Source of the DNA: Candidatus Aminicenantes bacterium
Lineage (GTDB): Bacteria > Acidobacteriota > Aminicenantia > Aminicenantales > Saccharicenantaceae
Reading direction: 5' to 3'
Assembly: GCA_963809345.1 (NCBI GenBank)
Contig: CAWEJF010000007.1
Coordinates: 72,708-136,707, forward strand
DNA: 64,000 nt
Below the pieces are notes generated by a model. That model saw nothing but the letters and a program-made list of their open reading frames with translations. It was not told the DNA's origin and made no database searches. Positions 1 through 8,573 of this stretch are shown here, in pieces. The position numbers were made by a program, and so were the translations under genes. Position 1 is the stretch's first letter. Each line of letters begins with the position of its first letter.

Positions 1-72
1 GCCCTGGCAGGACCACAGGCCGAGAAGGGCCGCCGCACCAAGCACCCCGGTCCAACGATTTCCGCCGTTCAT
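1..72 (-). CDS. N-terminus of a lipoprotein-like gene continuing off the left edge (partial)
   Basis: ATG at 72-70 with GGGAGG just upstream. Reads MNGGNRWTGVLGAAALLGLWSCQG, a signal peptide with lipobox-like LWSC. Only 24 codons are visible. Confidence 0.35.
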   Translation of the reverse strand, partial: MNGGNRWTGVLGAAALLGLWSCQG

Positions 73-183
73 CGTTCCTCCCGCGCGAGGAAGTGTCACT
101 TCGTCCCGACTATATCACAGCGCCCGGCGACGGGGGAATTCCCTCCGCGGAGGCCTTACCGGGTCCCGGAGGGCGGTTGCGGG

Positions 184-212
184 TTGACCGGGCCTGGCTT
201 ATGGCCTAACAT
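184..212 (+). promoter_or_regulatory. sigma-70-type promoter
   Basis: TTGACC-17-TAACAT upstream of the gene at 252. Confidence 0.45.
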
Positions 213-251
213 GGGCTCTTGCGCCGTACGCGCTGAAGAAAGGAGCCCACC

Positions 252-866
252 ATGCCGAGAATCCATAGATCCCTCGCGGCCCTCGCCGCCGCCGCCTTCG
301 TCTTCGTCCTCGCCCCCACCGCGGTCGCGGGCCAGGCTCAAGAGGCCAAAGCGGAGCTGCCCGTCCTCGTCACGTCCTGCGGCCAGAGCATCGGACCGAC
401 AACGATCAAGGTCGTCCTGCAGCGGCTGAAAATGGCGTACGACATCGACCCGCTGGCGACCCCGGAAACCCTTCAGGCCAAGGCCAAGGCGGGCACGCCC
501 TACAAATCGCTCATCATCACCATGGGCGCCAGCCTCAAGGGCATGGGCGCGGCGGGCATCGAGATCGAGGACGAGCTGGCCCGGGCCGGCGCCTTGATCG
601 CCGAAGCTCGTAAAGAAGGCGTCAAGATCATCGGCGCCCATATCGAAGGCATGAAGCGCCGCTCCCAGGGGGCGGCGGCCGGCGACACGACCGACGAGCA
701 ATCGATCGACGCCGTGGCCCCCAACGCGGACATCCTCCTCGTGCTCAAGGACGGGAACGCGGACGGCCGCTTCACGATCATCTCTCAGTCGAAGAAGATC
801 CCTCTCGTCGAGTTCGAAAAGACGATGGATCTCATCCCGGCTTTAGAGAAGCTCTTCGCCAAATAA
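252..866 (+). CDS. secreted protein of unknown function
   Basis: ORF track, 204 aa. AAGGAG lies 6 nt upstream of the ATG. N-terminal signal peptide (AAAFVFVLAPTAVAG). I cannot name a family with confidence. Confidence 0.75.
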   Translation: MPRIHRSLAALAAAAFVFVLAPTAVAGQAQEAKAELPVLVTSCGQSIGPTTIKVVLQRLKMAYDIDPLATPETLQAKAKAGTPYKSLIITMGASLKGMGAAGIEIEDELARAGALIAEARKEGVKIIGAHIEGMKRRSQGAAAGDTTDEQSIDAVAPNADILLVLKDGNADGRFTIISQSKKIPLVEFEKTMDLIPALEKLFAK

Positions 867-868
867 GA

Positions 869-2974
869 CTACTTCTTTTTGAGCGTCACGAGGCCGAGCT
901 TCTCCTGGATGCCGACCCACGCCTCGACCTCGAGGAGGTCGAGCGGTTCGAACTCGGCCGAGGCGGCGTCGCGGATGTCGAGGATCGACCGCTCCCCGTC
1001 GATGAAATTCCGGAGTTCCATCTCGGCCCCCATGATCGACGGGGACGGCTGGTAATTGAGCTTCCGGATCTCCTCCCGGAGGGCCCGTAGGCCCATCATC
1101 CCGCCCATCTTCTCGGTCCGGACGGGGACGAGGCCGGCCAGCCGGACTTCGTCCTTCGTCGGGGCGGTCTTTTCGGCCTTGACGCCGAGAGCCCGGCAGC
1201 GCATCGCATAGAGGTCGTCAACGCCCTTGATGTGGATGGTCCGGACAGCCTCGAGACCGGCCAAACGGCCCGTGAGCACGCTTTCCGCCCGGGCGTCCTT
1301 TCCGATGAAGAACCCGACTGAGACCAGCGCCTTCTTCTCCCGGACGAACCCCTGGTTGACCAGTACCCTGGCTTCCCGGGCGGCCGCGGAGACCGATTTC
1401 GCGTCGGCGGCCAGGAGCAACCGCTCGGCCCGCGCCTTGTCGTCCCCGAGCCGCCCGCCTTGGCGGGCTGAGATCTCGGTCATCATCCGCTCGGCTTCAG
1501 ACGGTCCCGCGTTGGTCAGGAACTCGGCGGCGGCCGCGGAGATCGTCACCACCCTCTTGAGCTGGGTCGCGTCGGACTTGTCCGGCGTGTCGCCGCTCGA
1601 GTGGTACCACTGGTCGGGCCAGACGTTTATCGAGACGGCCGGAATGAGGCTGCCGCCTTCGAGGAAGACAATGTGGTCGCTCCCGCCGGAGAAGCGCTCG
1701 ATGAGGAAGTAGAAAGGATCGCGAGAGCCCGTGGGGGCCAGGACGCCTCCCGCCCGCCAGCTGACCTCCTGGGCGTCCCGCTGGGAATCGCCCATCCACT
1801 CGATGTAGGAGGCCATGACGTCGTTGAGGAAGGTCGGCAGCGACCAGGGCGTCTGGTTGAGACGGAAGTAGCTCTGGTTCTTGATGAGGCCCTCGCCGAC
1901 CATGTCCAGGTTGATGTCGGCGAAGATCCTCTTCTTGATCTCGGGGTTCAGCCGGAGGTAGGCCTCGGTGCCCGAGATCTCGGGAACGAACAGGAAGCGT
2001 ACCGACCGCCGCAGCGGCGGGATCTTGCCCTCGTTCAAGAGCTTCTTCAGCACCCGGGCCGTCTCCAGGATGGCCGCGCATCCGGAGGCGTTGTCGTTGG
2101 CGCCCTGCTTGGACCAGCCCTCGTAGAGATGGGCCGTGAAGACGAGCTCCTCCGCCGCAAGGTCGGTCCCCTTGATCAGTCCGACCGTCAGCTGGTCCTT
2201 GGCTTCGGTGACGACCTGGGTCTTGACGACCGCCCGGATGACGATCTTACCGCCCCGCTCCAGAGCGTCGCGGAGATCCAGGCCCTGCCTTTCCGAAACC
2301 ATGAATCCAAACGTCGCCCGGTCCTGCCCGCCCGGCCGCAGGCCACCCCAGCCAACCTCGTCCCGGTCGAACTCGGGATGGCTCGAGGACCAGCCGATGA
2401 GGCCCGCCGCGCCGTATTTCTGGACGCCGATCCGGCGGGCCATCTCCGGCGCGCCGTTGACGAGCAGGATCTTGCCCTCGATGGCCTTGTCCTTATAGAA
2501 CTCCTCCCGGTTGCCCGGCCCGACATAGACGAGCTCGGCCGTTGTGTCCGTCGATGCGCTCCCGGAGCACAAACACGCGGGAACACCATGGAGGTCGGCG
2601 ATCTTGCGGAGCTCGGGCTCGACCATCCAGAGCTCGGCCGACTCGGCATCCCAGGCCGTCCGGTCCGCCGCGGGCAGGTCGACGGTATAGGCCTCGTCGA
2701 CGCCGTATTCGCGGAGCTTCTCGAGGATGAAGGCGGACTCGAAGTAGCCGGTCCGGTATTCCTCGGGCTCGCGGTTCCTGTTGACACCTGTGAGCTGGAT
2801 CTCGCTCTGCAGGGCCCGCTCGCCCGAGGCCTCTGTGATAATGGCCCGGAGGACGTCCGGGGCGCTCGGCGCGGGCCGGGGCGGGGTGTCCTGGGCGGCG
2901 ACGGCGCCGATGAGAATGACCAAGCCGGCGGCGACGATCGCGATGGCGGCAGCGAGGAAGGGGATGCGTTTCAT
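869..2974 (-). CDS. exported M28-family zinc peptidase with PA-domain insert and long helical C-terminal domain (GCPII/transferrin-receptor-like architecture)
   Basis: ORF track frame, with the start moved to ATG 2974 (MKRIPFLAAAIAIV anchor/signal, AGGAGG upstream). M28 motifs NDNASG and DMVGEG are present. 701 aa. Confidence 0.8.
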   Translation of the reverse strand: MKRIPFLAAAIAIVAAGLVILIGAVAAQDTPPRPAPSAPDVLRAIITEASGERALQSEIQLTGVNRNREPEEYRTGYFESAFILEKLREYGVDEAYTVDLPAADRTAWDAESAELWMVEPELRKIADLHGVPACLCSGSASTDTTAELVYVGPGNREEFYKDKAIEGKILLVNGAPEMARRIGVQKYGAAGLIGWSSSHPEFDRDEVGWGGLRPGGQDRATFGFMVSERQGLDLRDALERGGKIVIRAVVKTQVVTEAKDQLTVGLIKGTDLAAEELVFTAHLYEGWSKQGANDNASGCAAILETARVLKKLLNEGKIPPLRRSVRFLFVPEISGTEAYLRLNPEIKKRIFADINLDMVGEGLIKNQSYFRLNQTPWSLPTFLNDVMASYIEWMGDSQRDAQEVSWRAGGVLAPTGSRDPFYFLIERFSGGSDHIVFLEGGSLIPAVSINVWPDQWYHSSGDTPDKSDATQLKRVVTISAAAAEFLTNAGPSEAERMMTEISARQGGRLGDDKARAERLLLAADAKSVSAAAREARVLVNQGFVREKKALVSVGFFIGKDARAESVLTGRLAGLEAVRTIHIKGVDDLYAMRCRALGVKAEKTAPTKDEVRLAGLVPVRTEKMGGMMGLRALREEIRKLNYQPSPSIMGAEMELRNFIDGERSILDIRDAASAEFEPLDLLEVEAWVGIQEKLGLVTLKKK

Positions 2975-3080
2975 GGGGCCTCCTGGGTCGGTCGAGGAGG
3001 ACATTCTACCTCCTTCTGGGCCGACTGTGCTACAATGCCCCGGAATAAATGTGGACCCCGGGTCCGAAGGAGGTCCGGCC

Positions 3081-3653
3081 ATGGTCTCGACGGAAACCGC
3101 CAAAACGGTCGTGCTCGTCCTGTTCGGTCTCTCCATCCTCTGGATCGTCGTTATCATCGTCCGCAACGACATGCAAACGATCATCAGGGCCCTCATCGTG
3201 GCCGCCCTGCTGGGGCTCGGGCTCTATTACCTCAATCAGACCAAGCTCGAGACGCTGTCCTTCACGGCCATTAAGGAGGAGCTCTTCCCGGTCCGGGCCC
3301 GGGCCTACACCTACAGGACCCTGTCATCCTATAACGAGGGAAGTCCCGTCACGACCTATATCTTCGAGGATCCGGGGCCTCCCCTCTCGGTGGCCATGAT
3401 GAACGGCGGAAGGCACATGGCCATCAAGGACGTCCGCACGGTCAACGTCGTCCTCGCGTACATCGGCCTGCCCCCGGTCTCCAAGGGGGTCCCCGAGCTG
3501 GCCTCCATCACCGGCCGGACGCTCGACACCGATAAGTACCGCTGGGACGATTACGAGCGGGGCGTCCTGCTCCTCGAGCGGGGCATCTGCCGCGACATGA
3601 CCGTGGCGCAGTCCTTCACCTGTATCGCCCGGATCACGGTGACGGCCCGGTAG
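3081..3653 (+). CDS. membrane protein of unknown function (2 N-terminal TM helices plus soluble domain)
   Basis: In-frame ATG 3081 preceded by GAAGGAGG. The longer track ORF start overlaps the divergent peptidase gene. A 4-nt gap separates it from the next gene. Confidence 0.7.
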   Translation: MVSTETAKTVVLVLFGLSILWIVVIIVRNDMQTIIRALIVAALLGLGLYYLNQTKLETLSFTAIKEELFPVRARAYTYRTLSSYNEGSPVTTYIFEDPGPPLSVAMMNGGRHMAIKDVRTVNVVLAYIGLPPVSKGVPELASITGRTLDTDKYRWDDYERGVLLLERGICRDMTVAQSFTCIARITVTAR

Positions 3654-3657
3654 GCGG

Positions 3658-4950
3658 ATGAGCGCGACGACTGCCGCCGCCATGGTCCTGGCCGTCATGG
3701 TCGCGGCCTTCGTCGTCGCCAAGCTGCTCAAGGTCTCGACGGAGCTCGCGCTCTTCGCCGCCGCCCTGGCCGGGGCAGTGGCCGCAGGGAACGGGCTTCC
3801 GGCCCGGGCTGTCGTCGAGGGCGCGTTCACCTATTTCGACATCGTCCTCATCTTCGTCACCGCGACGCTGTTCATGAATCTCTTCAAGGAATCGGGGGCG
3901 GCCGCGTTCGTCGTCCGGTCCATCCTCCGGCGCTTCCACCGGCACAAAGCGCCGCTCTTCATCCTCCTGGCCCTGCTCCTCCTCGTGCCCGGGGCGCTGA
4001 CCGGGGCCGGCAGCGTCACCGTCCTCATCATGGGCGGTATGGCCGCCACGGTCCTCGGCACCATGGACATCCCCCGGCCCAAGATCGCCGCCATCATCTT
4101 CGTCATCGCCGGGTTGAGCGCCGCGGCGCCGCCGGTCAACCTGTGGGCCATGCTGACGGCCGCCGGGGTCAACATGCCGTACGTCGGGTTCTTCCTGCCC
4201 CTCCTCGTCCCCTGCGTCCTGCTGGCCCTGGTCACGATCTTCATCCTCGGGGCCAGGTCCAAGCCCGTCGACCTGGCCAAGGCGCTCGCGGAGCTTCCGG
4301 AAGCCCCGGCCCGGATGAACTGGTTCCGCGTCGCGATGCCGTTCCTCGTCTTCTTCGCCCTCGTCGCGGCCGGCCGGGTCTTTCCCTTCGACGTGCCTGT
4401 CCTAGGCCTGCCGCTGATGTTCGCGGCGGCCGGCGCCACGGCGCTCCTCCTCTCGCCGGTCAAGATCGCCTTCTTCAAGACCTCGGTCGACACGGTCCAC
4501 CAGCTCCTGCCGCTCATCGGGACGCTGACGTGCGCCGGGGTCCTGGTCGAGGTCATGGCCCTCACCGGCGTCCGCGGCCTTATCGCCATCAGCACGGTCA
4601 CGCTGCCCATCACCATCGTCTTCCTGACGCTCGCCGTCACGCTTCCGGTGTCCGAAGCCGTCCTGATGTGGGGCGCCGCGCCCGTCCTCGGCGTGCCGCT
4701 CGTGTTGTACTTCAATACCATCGGCCTCAACCCGGTCATCGCCCTGGCCGGGATGAGCGTCATCTGGCCGCTCGGCGACGCCCTCCCGCCGACGGCCATC
4801 ATCGGCCGCCTGACGACCTCGACGGTGGGCATGAAGGAGCCCTACGGGAAGTTCCTGAAATACTGCCTCGTGCCGGCGGTCATCATCGCGATCGTCGGGA
4901 CGCTCATGGTCGTCTTCAGCAAGAAGCTCGCCTTCCTGACGGTGTTTTAA
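3658..4950 (+). CDS. multi-pass permease (DctM / ion-transporter-superfamily-like; family unresolved)
   Basis: ORF track, 430 aa, hydrophobic throughout with about 11-12 TM segments. Tightly packed with its flanking genes. Confidence 0.8.
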   Translation: MSATTAAAMVLAVMVAAFVVAKLLKVSTELALFAAALAGAVAAGNGLPARAVVEGAFTYFDIVLIFVTATLFMNLFKESGAAAFVVRSILRRFHRHKAPLFILLALLLLVPGALTGAGSVTVLIMGGMAATVLGTMDIPRPKIAAIIFVIAGLSAAAPPVNLWAMLTAAGVNMPYVGFFLPLLVPCVLLALVTIFILGARSKPVDLAKALAELPEAPARMNWFRVAMPFLVFFALVAAGRVFPFDVPVLGLPLMFAAAGATALLLSPVKIAFFKTSVDTVHQLLPLIGTLTCAGVLVEVMALTGVRGLIAISTVTLPITIVFLTLAVTLPVSEAVLMWGAAPVLGVPLVLYFNTIGLNPVIALAGMSVIWPLGDALPPTAIIGRLTTSTVGMKEPYGKFLKYCLVPAVIIAIVGTLMVVFSKKLAFLTVF

Positions 4951-4951
4951 C

Positions 4952-5107
4952 ATGGCCACGATCGTGACGGTCCTCTATTATCTCCTGACGGCCTACGTGG
5001 CCGTCCTCCTCGTCTGGAATTTCCTGAAGAGAAAGAGCTGGCAGGAGGAGGCGCTCTATATCATCGTCCTCATCCCGTTCCTCCTGCGGCTCCTGAGGCT
5101 CAAATGA
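4952..5107 (+). CDS. 51-aa two-TM miniprotein (below ORF-track size cutoff)
   Basis: ATG lies 1 nt after the permease stop. Reads MATIVTVLYYLLTAYVAVLLVWNFLKRKSWQEEALYIIVLIPFLLRLLRLK. Its TGA overlaps the next gene's ATG (ATGA at 5104-5107). Confidence 0.55.
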   Translation: MATIVTVLYYLLTAYVAVLLVWNFLKRKSWQEEALYIIVLIPFLLRLLRLK

Positions 5108-6255
5108 TCCGCAAGCTGGCCATCGCGGCGCTCGGCGCGGCCCTGACGATCGCCGCCGGGCTGAGCTTCTACGGGAGCCGGCACCTCGCCGAGCCGGTCG
5201 TCCCCGGTCCGGGCGTTTCCCGAGTCGCCAGGCTCGGCGACTATTTCGCGCCGATCAGAGGCACGGTGAACGACGCCCACGTCTACATCCTCGAGGGCAA
5301 GGAGCCGGGCGGGACCGTCCTCCTTCTCGGCGGCACGCATCCCGAGGAGCCGGCGGGACGCCTCACGACTTGGATCTTCGCCGAGAACGCCGTCCTCGAG
5401 CGGGGCCGGATCCTCGTCGTCCTATCGGCCAATAGGAGCGCGTCGAGGGTGACGCGGCTCGGCGGGGCCTATCCGCCGGACTTCACCATCCCGACGGCCT
5501 GGGGCGGCCAGAAGTTCCGCATGGGCGACCGCTGGTCCGACCCCCTGGACCAGTGGCCCGACCCCGAGGTCTACCTCCACTACCCGACGCGCCAGGAGCT
5601 CGCCTACGTCGATATCCGCAATCTCAACCGGGCCTTTCCCGGCCGGCCGAACGGGACCTTGACCGAGCGGACCTGCTACGCCATCATCGAGCTCATCCGC
5701 CGCGAGAAGGTCGACATCGCCGTCGACTTCCACGAGGCCGAGCTCCAGTACCCCGTCATCAGCACGATCGTCGCCCACGAGAAGGGCGCGGACCTGGCCG
5801 CCGCGGCGTCGATGTTCATCAGCAGCCTCGAGGGCTTCGCTATCGGCGTCGAAAACTCGCCCAAGGCGCTGCGCGGGCTCTCGCACCGCGAGATCGGCGA
5901 CGCCACCGACGCCATCTCCCTTCTCCTCGAGGCGCCGGAGCCCTTCCTTGACGCGACGCGGGGCCGGACGGACCGCAAGCTCTTGCTCACCGGCCAGGAC
6001 GAATTCGTCGTCAGGGCCGGAAAGCGGGGTCTGCTCTTCGAGAAGATCGACGAGAAGGGCTGGCCGATCGACGTCCGCGTCGGCCGCCACACATCGACCG
6101 TTCTCCAGATCCTCGAGATCTGGTCGGGCGACCATCCGGAGCGGGCCGTCGCGGTTTCGGGCGTGCCCCGCTACACCGAGGTCGTCGAGAAAGGCACGGG
6201 CGCGTTCCTCAAGGACCCGAAATCGATCGACCCCGCGAAGCTCTTCTACGAGTAG
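5104..6255 (+). CDS. membrane-anchored succinylglutamate desuccinylase/aspartoacylase-fold (M14-like) zinc deacylase
   Basis: ORF track, 383 aa. N-terminal hydrophobic anchor. Metal-ligand-like motifs GGTHPEEP and DFHEAE are typical of the AstE/AspA fold. Confidence 0.65.
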   Translation: MIRKLAIAALGAALTIAAGLSFYGSRHLAEPVVPGPGVSRVARLGDYFAPIRGTVNDAHVYILEGKEPGGTVLLLGGTHPEEPAGRLTTWIFAENAVLERGRILVVLSANRSASRVTRLGGAYPPDFTIPTAWGGQKFRMGDRWSDPLDQWPDPEVYLHYPTRQELAYVDIRNLNRAFPGRPNGTLTERTCYAIIELIRREKVDIAVDFHEAELQYPVISTIVAHEKGADLAAAASMFISSLEGFAIGVENSPKALRGLSHREIGDATDAISLLLEAPEPFLDATRGRTDRKLLLTGQDEFVVRAGKRGLLFEKIDEKGWPIDVRVGRHTSTVLQILEIWSGDHPERAVAVSGVPRYTEVVEKGTGAFLKDPKSIDPAKLFYE

Positions 6256-6276
6256 CCCGCGGCGGGACGGGGCCCG

Positions 6277-6933
6277 TTAGGCCGCCGTCTTCCTGCGCCG
6301 GACGAACCCGATGATGGCCAGGATGACGGCCAGGGCCAACAGGACGCCCAGGATCAACGTGGTCGACTTCTTGCTGGAGACCGTCTTGTCCAAAGTGGCC
6401 GACAGGGCGGCCTTGTCGGCGTTCAACGCGGCCATCTTCTTGCTCTGTTCGTCGGCCGCGGTCTTGAGCGCCGCCACGCCCTGCTGCAGCGAAGCGATCT
6501 CGCCATCCTTGGCGACGATCGCGGCTTCCATCTCGGCCGCCTTCTTTTTCAGCCCTGTAATCGCCCAGTTGAGACCGCTGACTTTCTTCTTATATGTGGC
6601 TTCCGTTTCCAGGCCGGCGGCCACCGCTTTGTCCAACTCGGCCTTCTGGCTCTCCAGCGCGGCGATCTGGTCCTTGAGGGAGGCGACGCCCGACGTGAGC
6701 TCCTTGTTCTGGTTCTCGGCGCCGGCCAGGGCCGCCCGAGCATCGTTCAGGCTCTTGTCCAGCGTTCCGTTCTTCTGGACAAGATCGTCGATCCGCGTGT
6801 TGGCCTGGGCGAGCTGTTGAGCGTTCTGCTGTTCGAGAGTTTTGTAGCGTTTTTTGGAGACGCACCCGGCCGAAGACATCAGGAAGACCATGGTGACCGC
6901 AAGCGTCAGGATGACAAGTGCTTTTTTCGACAT
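6277..6933 (-). CDS. coiled-coil envelope protein with lipoprotein-type signal and C-terminal TM anchor
   Basis: ORF track, 218 aa. The N-terminus MSKKALVILTLAVTMVFLMSSAGC carries a lipobox-like sequence. About 170 aa are heptad-rich and Ala/Lys/Glu/Gln-rich. The C-terminus is LILGVLLALAVILAIIGFV followed by RRRKTAA. GGAGGGAGGAG SD. Confidence 0.8.
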   Translation of the reverse strand: MSKKALVILTLAVTMVFLMSSAGCVSKKRYKTLEQQNAQQLAQANTRIDDLVQKNGTLDKSLNDARAALAGAENQNKELTSGVASLKDQIAALESQKAELDKAVAAGLETEATYKKKVSGLNWAITGLKKKAAEMEAAIVAKDGEIASLQQGVAALKTAADEQSKKMAALNADKAALSATLDKTVSSKKSTTLILGVLLALAVILAIIGFVRRRKTAA

Positions 6934-7053
6934 AACTCCTCCCTCCTAGAGAATTTATCCTTCAGGAACGTTAAGGACGAATCCCGGGGATCGGAAGTAT
7001 CTGTCGGGGATATCTTCAGCCGGGACGCGCCGCTTGTCAACCAAAAAGAATGA

Positions 7054-8142
7054 TCATCGGTCCGGCCAGGATCGACGCCGGAAGAGGGCCAGCAGGGCGA
7101 TCATGCCCACCACATAGATGGCTGCAAGCAGCGTTGGGGCCCGCGAGCCTACCGCGGGGCTGATAAGGGGGCCTTCGTCCGGCGCCGGCAGGGGTTTGGG
7201 GTCCCAGGGAAGGCCGTAGCGCTCGCACAATCCCTTGACGTTGAGAAGATGGATGACCGGGACGCCGGCCGAGGCCATGGCCTGGATGACGCCGCGCCTT
7301 GAGGGCGGAGGGACGAGGATCCCCCTGGCGAATCCCGGCTCGATCTTCAAGACCTCCGCGTCCGTGCCCATGTTCGCCCAGCTGCCGCCGATGTTGACGA
7401 ACGCCTTGATCGGCCGCGCACCGGCGCCCTTCCGGTAGAGGGCCATCCGCCGGGTGACGTTGCGCTCAAGGTCGGGCTCTTCGAGGAAGAGCACGCCGCC
7501 GGCCCTGATGCGCGCGGCGAAGAGGGCCCGGCCTTCCGGGCTCATGTCGCGGCCGATGTCTTCGTCCCCGCCGATGGTCCGGGCGATCGGCCGGACATCG
7601 ATGAGGCCCTTCTCCCTCAAGCAGTCCTCCATATCAAGCCAAGAGAATTCGGGGACGTTCCCGCCCCACTCCGACGCCCCGAGTGAGGAAATGACCAAGG
7701 GCTCGACGCCCATGACCTTCGCCGCGGAGAGCGTCGCGACGACAAACGCAGGGAACGAGCTCGAGGCGCCGACCGCGATGACATCGCCGCGACCGACCCG
7801 GGCCTGGTGAAGCAACGACACGACGAGCCCGGCGAAGGCGGGGTTGGTCGTCGTCCTTTTAGCTTCGAGCCTCCCCGCCGAGGTCGTGATCAGCGACCGC
7901 TCCTCCCCGATGAAGCCGGTCCCGTTGGGATCGACGGATAGATCCATCGCCAGGCCGTGGTCCGCCCGGCAGTCCCTGAGCGCGGCGGCGGCCCGGGCCA
8001 TGAGATGCGAGGCCTCGGTCATTTCGACGCGGACGGACGGCGATGAGGAAGGGAGAAACCGGCCGAGGACAAGGTAGACGAGGCTCAAGGCCGCGGCCGC
8101 GTAGATCGCGGTTAGCGTTCGATCGCGGGCCGGCTTCTTCAC
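7054..8142 (-). CDS. poly-gamma-glutamate system protein (type found with PgsB/PgsC outside Bacillus; not CapA-like)
   Basis: ORF track, 362 aa. The GTG start overlaps the pgsC stop (GTGA). N- and C-terminal TM helices. As I recall it, this resembles the TIGR04332-type family. Confidence 0.65.
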   Translation of the reverse strand: MKKPARDRTLTAIYAAAALSLVYLVLGRFLPSSSPSVRVEMTEASHLMARAAAALRDCRADHGLAMDLSVDPNGTGFIGEERSLITTSAGRLEAKRTTTNPAFAGLVVSLLHQARVGRGDVIAVGASSSFPAFVVATLSAAKVMGVEPLVISSLGASEWGGNVPEFSWLDMEDCLREKGLIDVRPIARTIGGDEDIGRDMSPEGRALFAARIRAGGVLFLEEPDLERNVTRRMALYRKGAGARPIKAFVNIGGSWANMGTDAEVLKIEPGFARGILVPPPSRRGVIQAMASAGVPVIHLLNVKGLCERYGLPWDPKPLPAPDEGPLISPAVGSRAPTLLAAIYVVGMIALLALFRRRSWPDR

Positions 8143-8573
8143 AGGGCCGCCACCAACTTGGCCACCGCAAAGGTCAGCGTGGACACGGCGGCGAGCGAGG
8201 CCAGGGTCGGCAGGGCTTTCTGCCGGGCCAGGCTCGAGGCGAGGATGCCGGGGATGATCAGGCCGATGACGCGGAGCCCGGCCGGAGCCGCGAACGGGCC
8301 CGGCAAAACAAGCAGCCAGGCCTGGGCGAGCACCGCTCCAACGAGCACCATCAGCACGAACCGGCGCCGCCCGAAGAGGATGACGCGGCGGACGAGGACC
8401 TTGTAGGCCGCCAGGGTCAGCAGGGCTACGGCCAGGGTGACGGCGACGCGGAGCGGCTCGCCGAGGTACAAGGCGAAGTAGCCCGGAACGACGAGGCCTC
8501 CGGGAGAGATGTCCGTGAGCTCGGCCCAGAGGAGGGCCAGGACGAGGCCGATCAGAAGGGTTTCAACGGTCAT
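8139..8573 (-). CDS. pgsC: poly-gamma-glutamate biosynthesis protein PgsC/CapC
   Basis: ORF track, 144 aa. Small polytopic membrane protein with PgsC-like size and sequence pattern. Overlaps the pgsB end by 11 nt. Confidence 0.8.
   Translation of the reverse strand: MTVETLLIGLVLALLWAELTDISPGGLVVPGYFALYLGEPLRVAVTLAVALLTLAAYKVLVRRVILFGRRRFVLMVLVGAVLAQAWLLVLPGPFAAPAGLRVIGLIIPGILASSLARQKALPTLASLAAVSTLTFAVAKLVAAL

Noticed and set aside
1601-3274. 557-aa plus-strand ORF, along with similar long ORFs at 20795-22663, 40643-42190, 45869-47470, 47404-49029, 49410-50516, 50706-51908, 59743-60648 and 62033-63295
   Set aside because: They are antisense or out of frame relative to genes with clear family motifs. 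They are Arg/Gly/Pro/Asp-rich and low in complexity, and lack an SD. Long stop-free shadow frames are typical of high-GC DNA.
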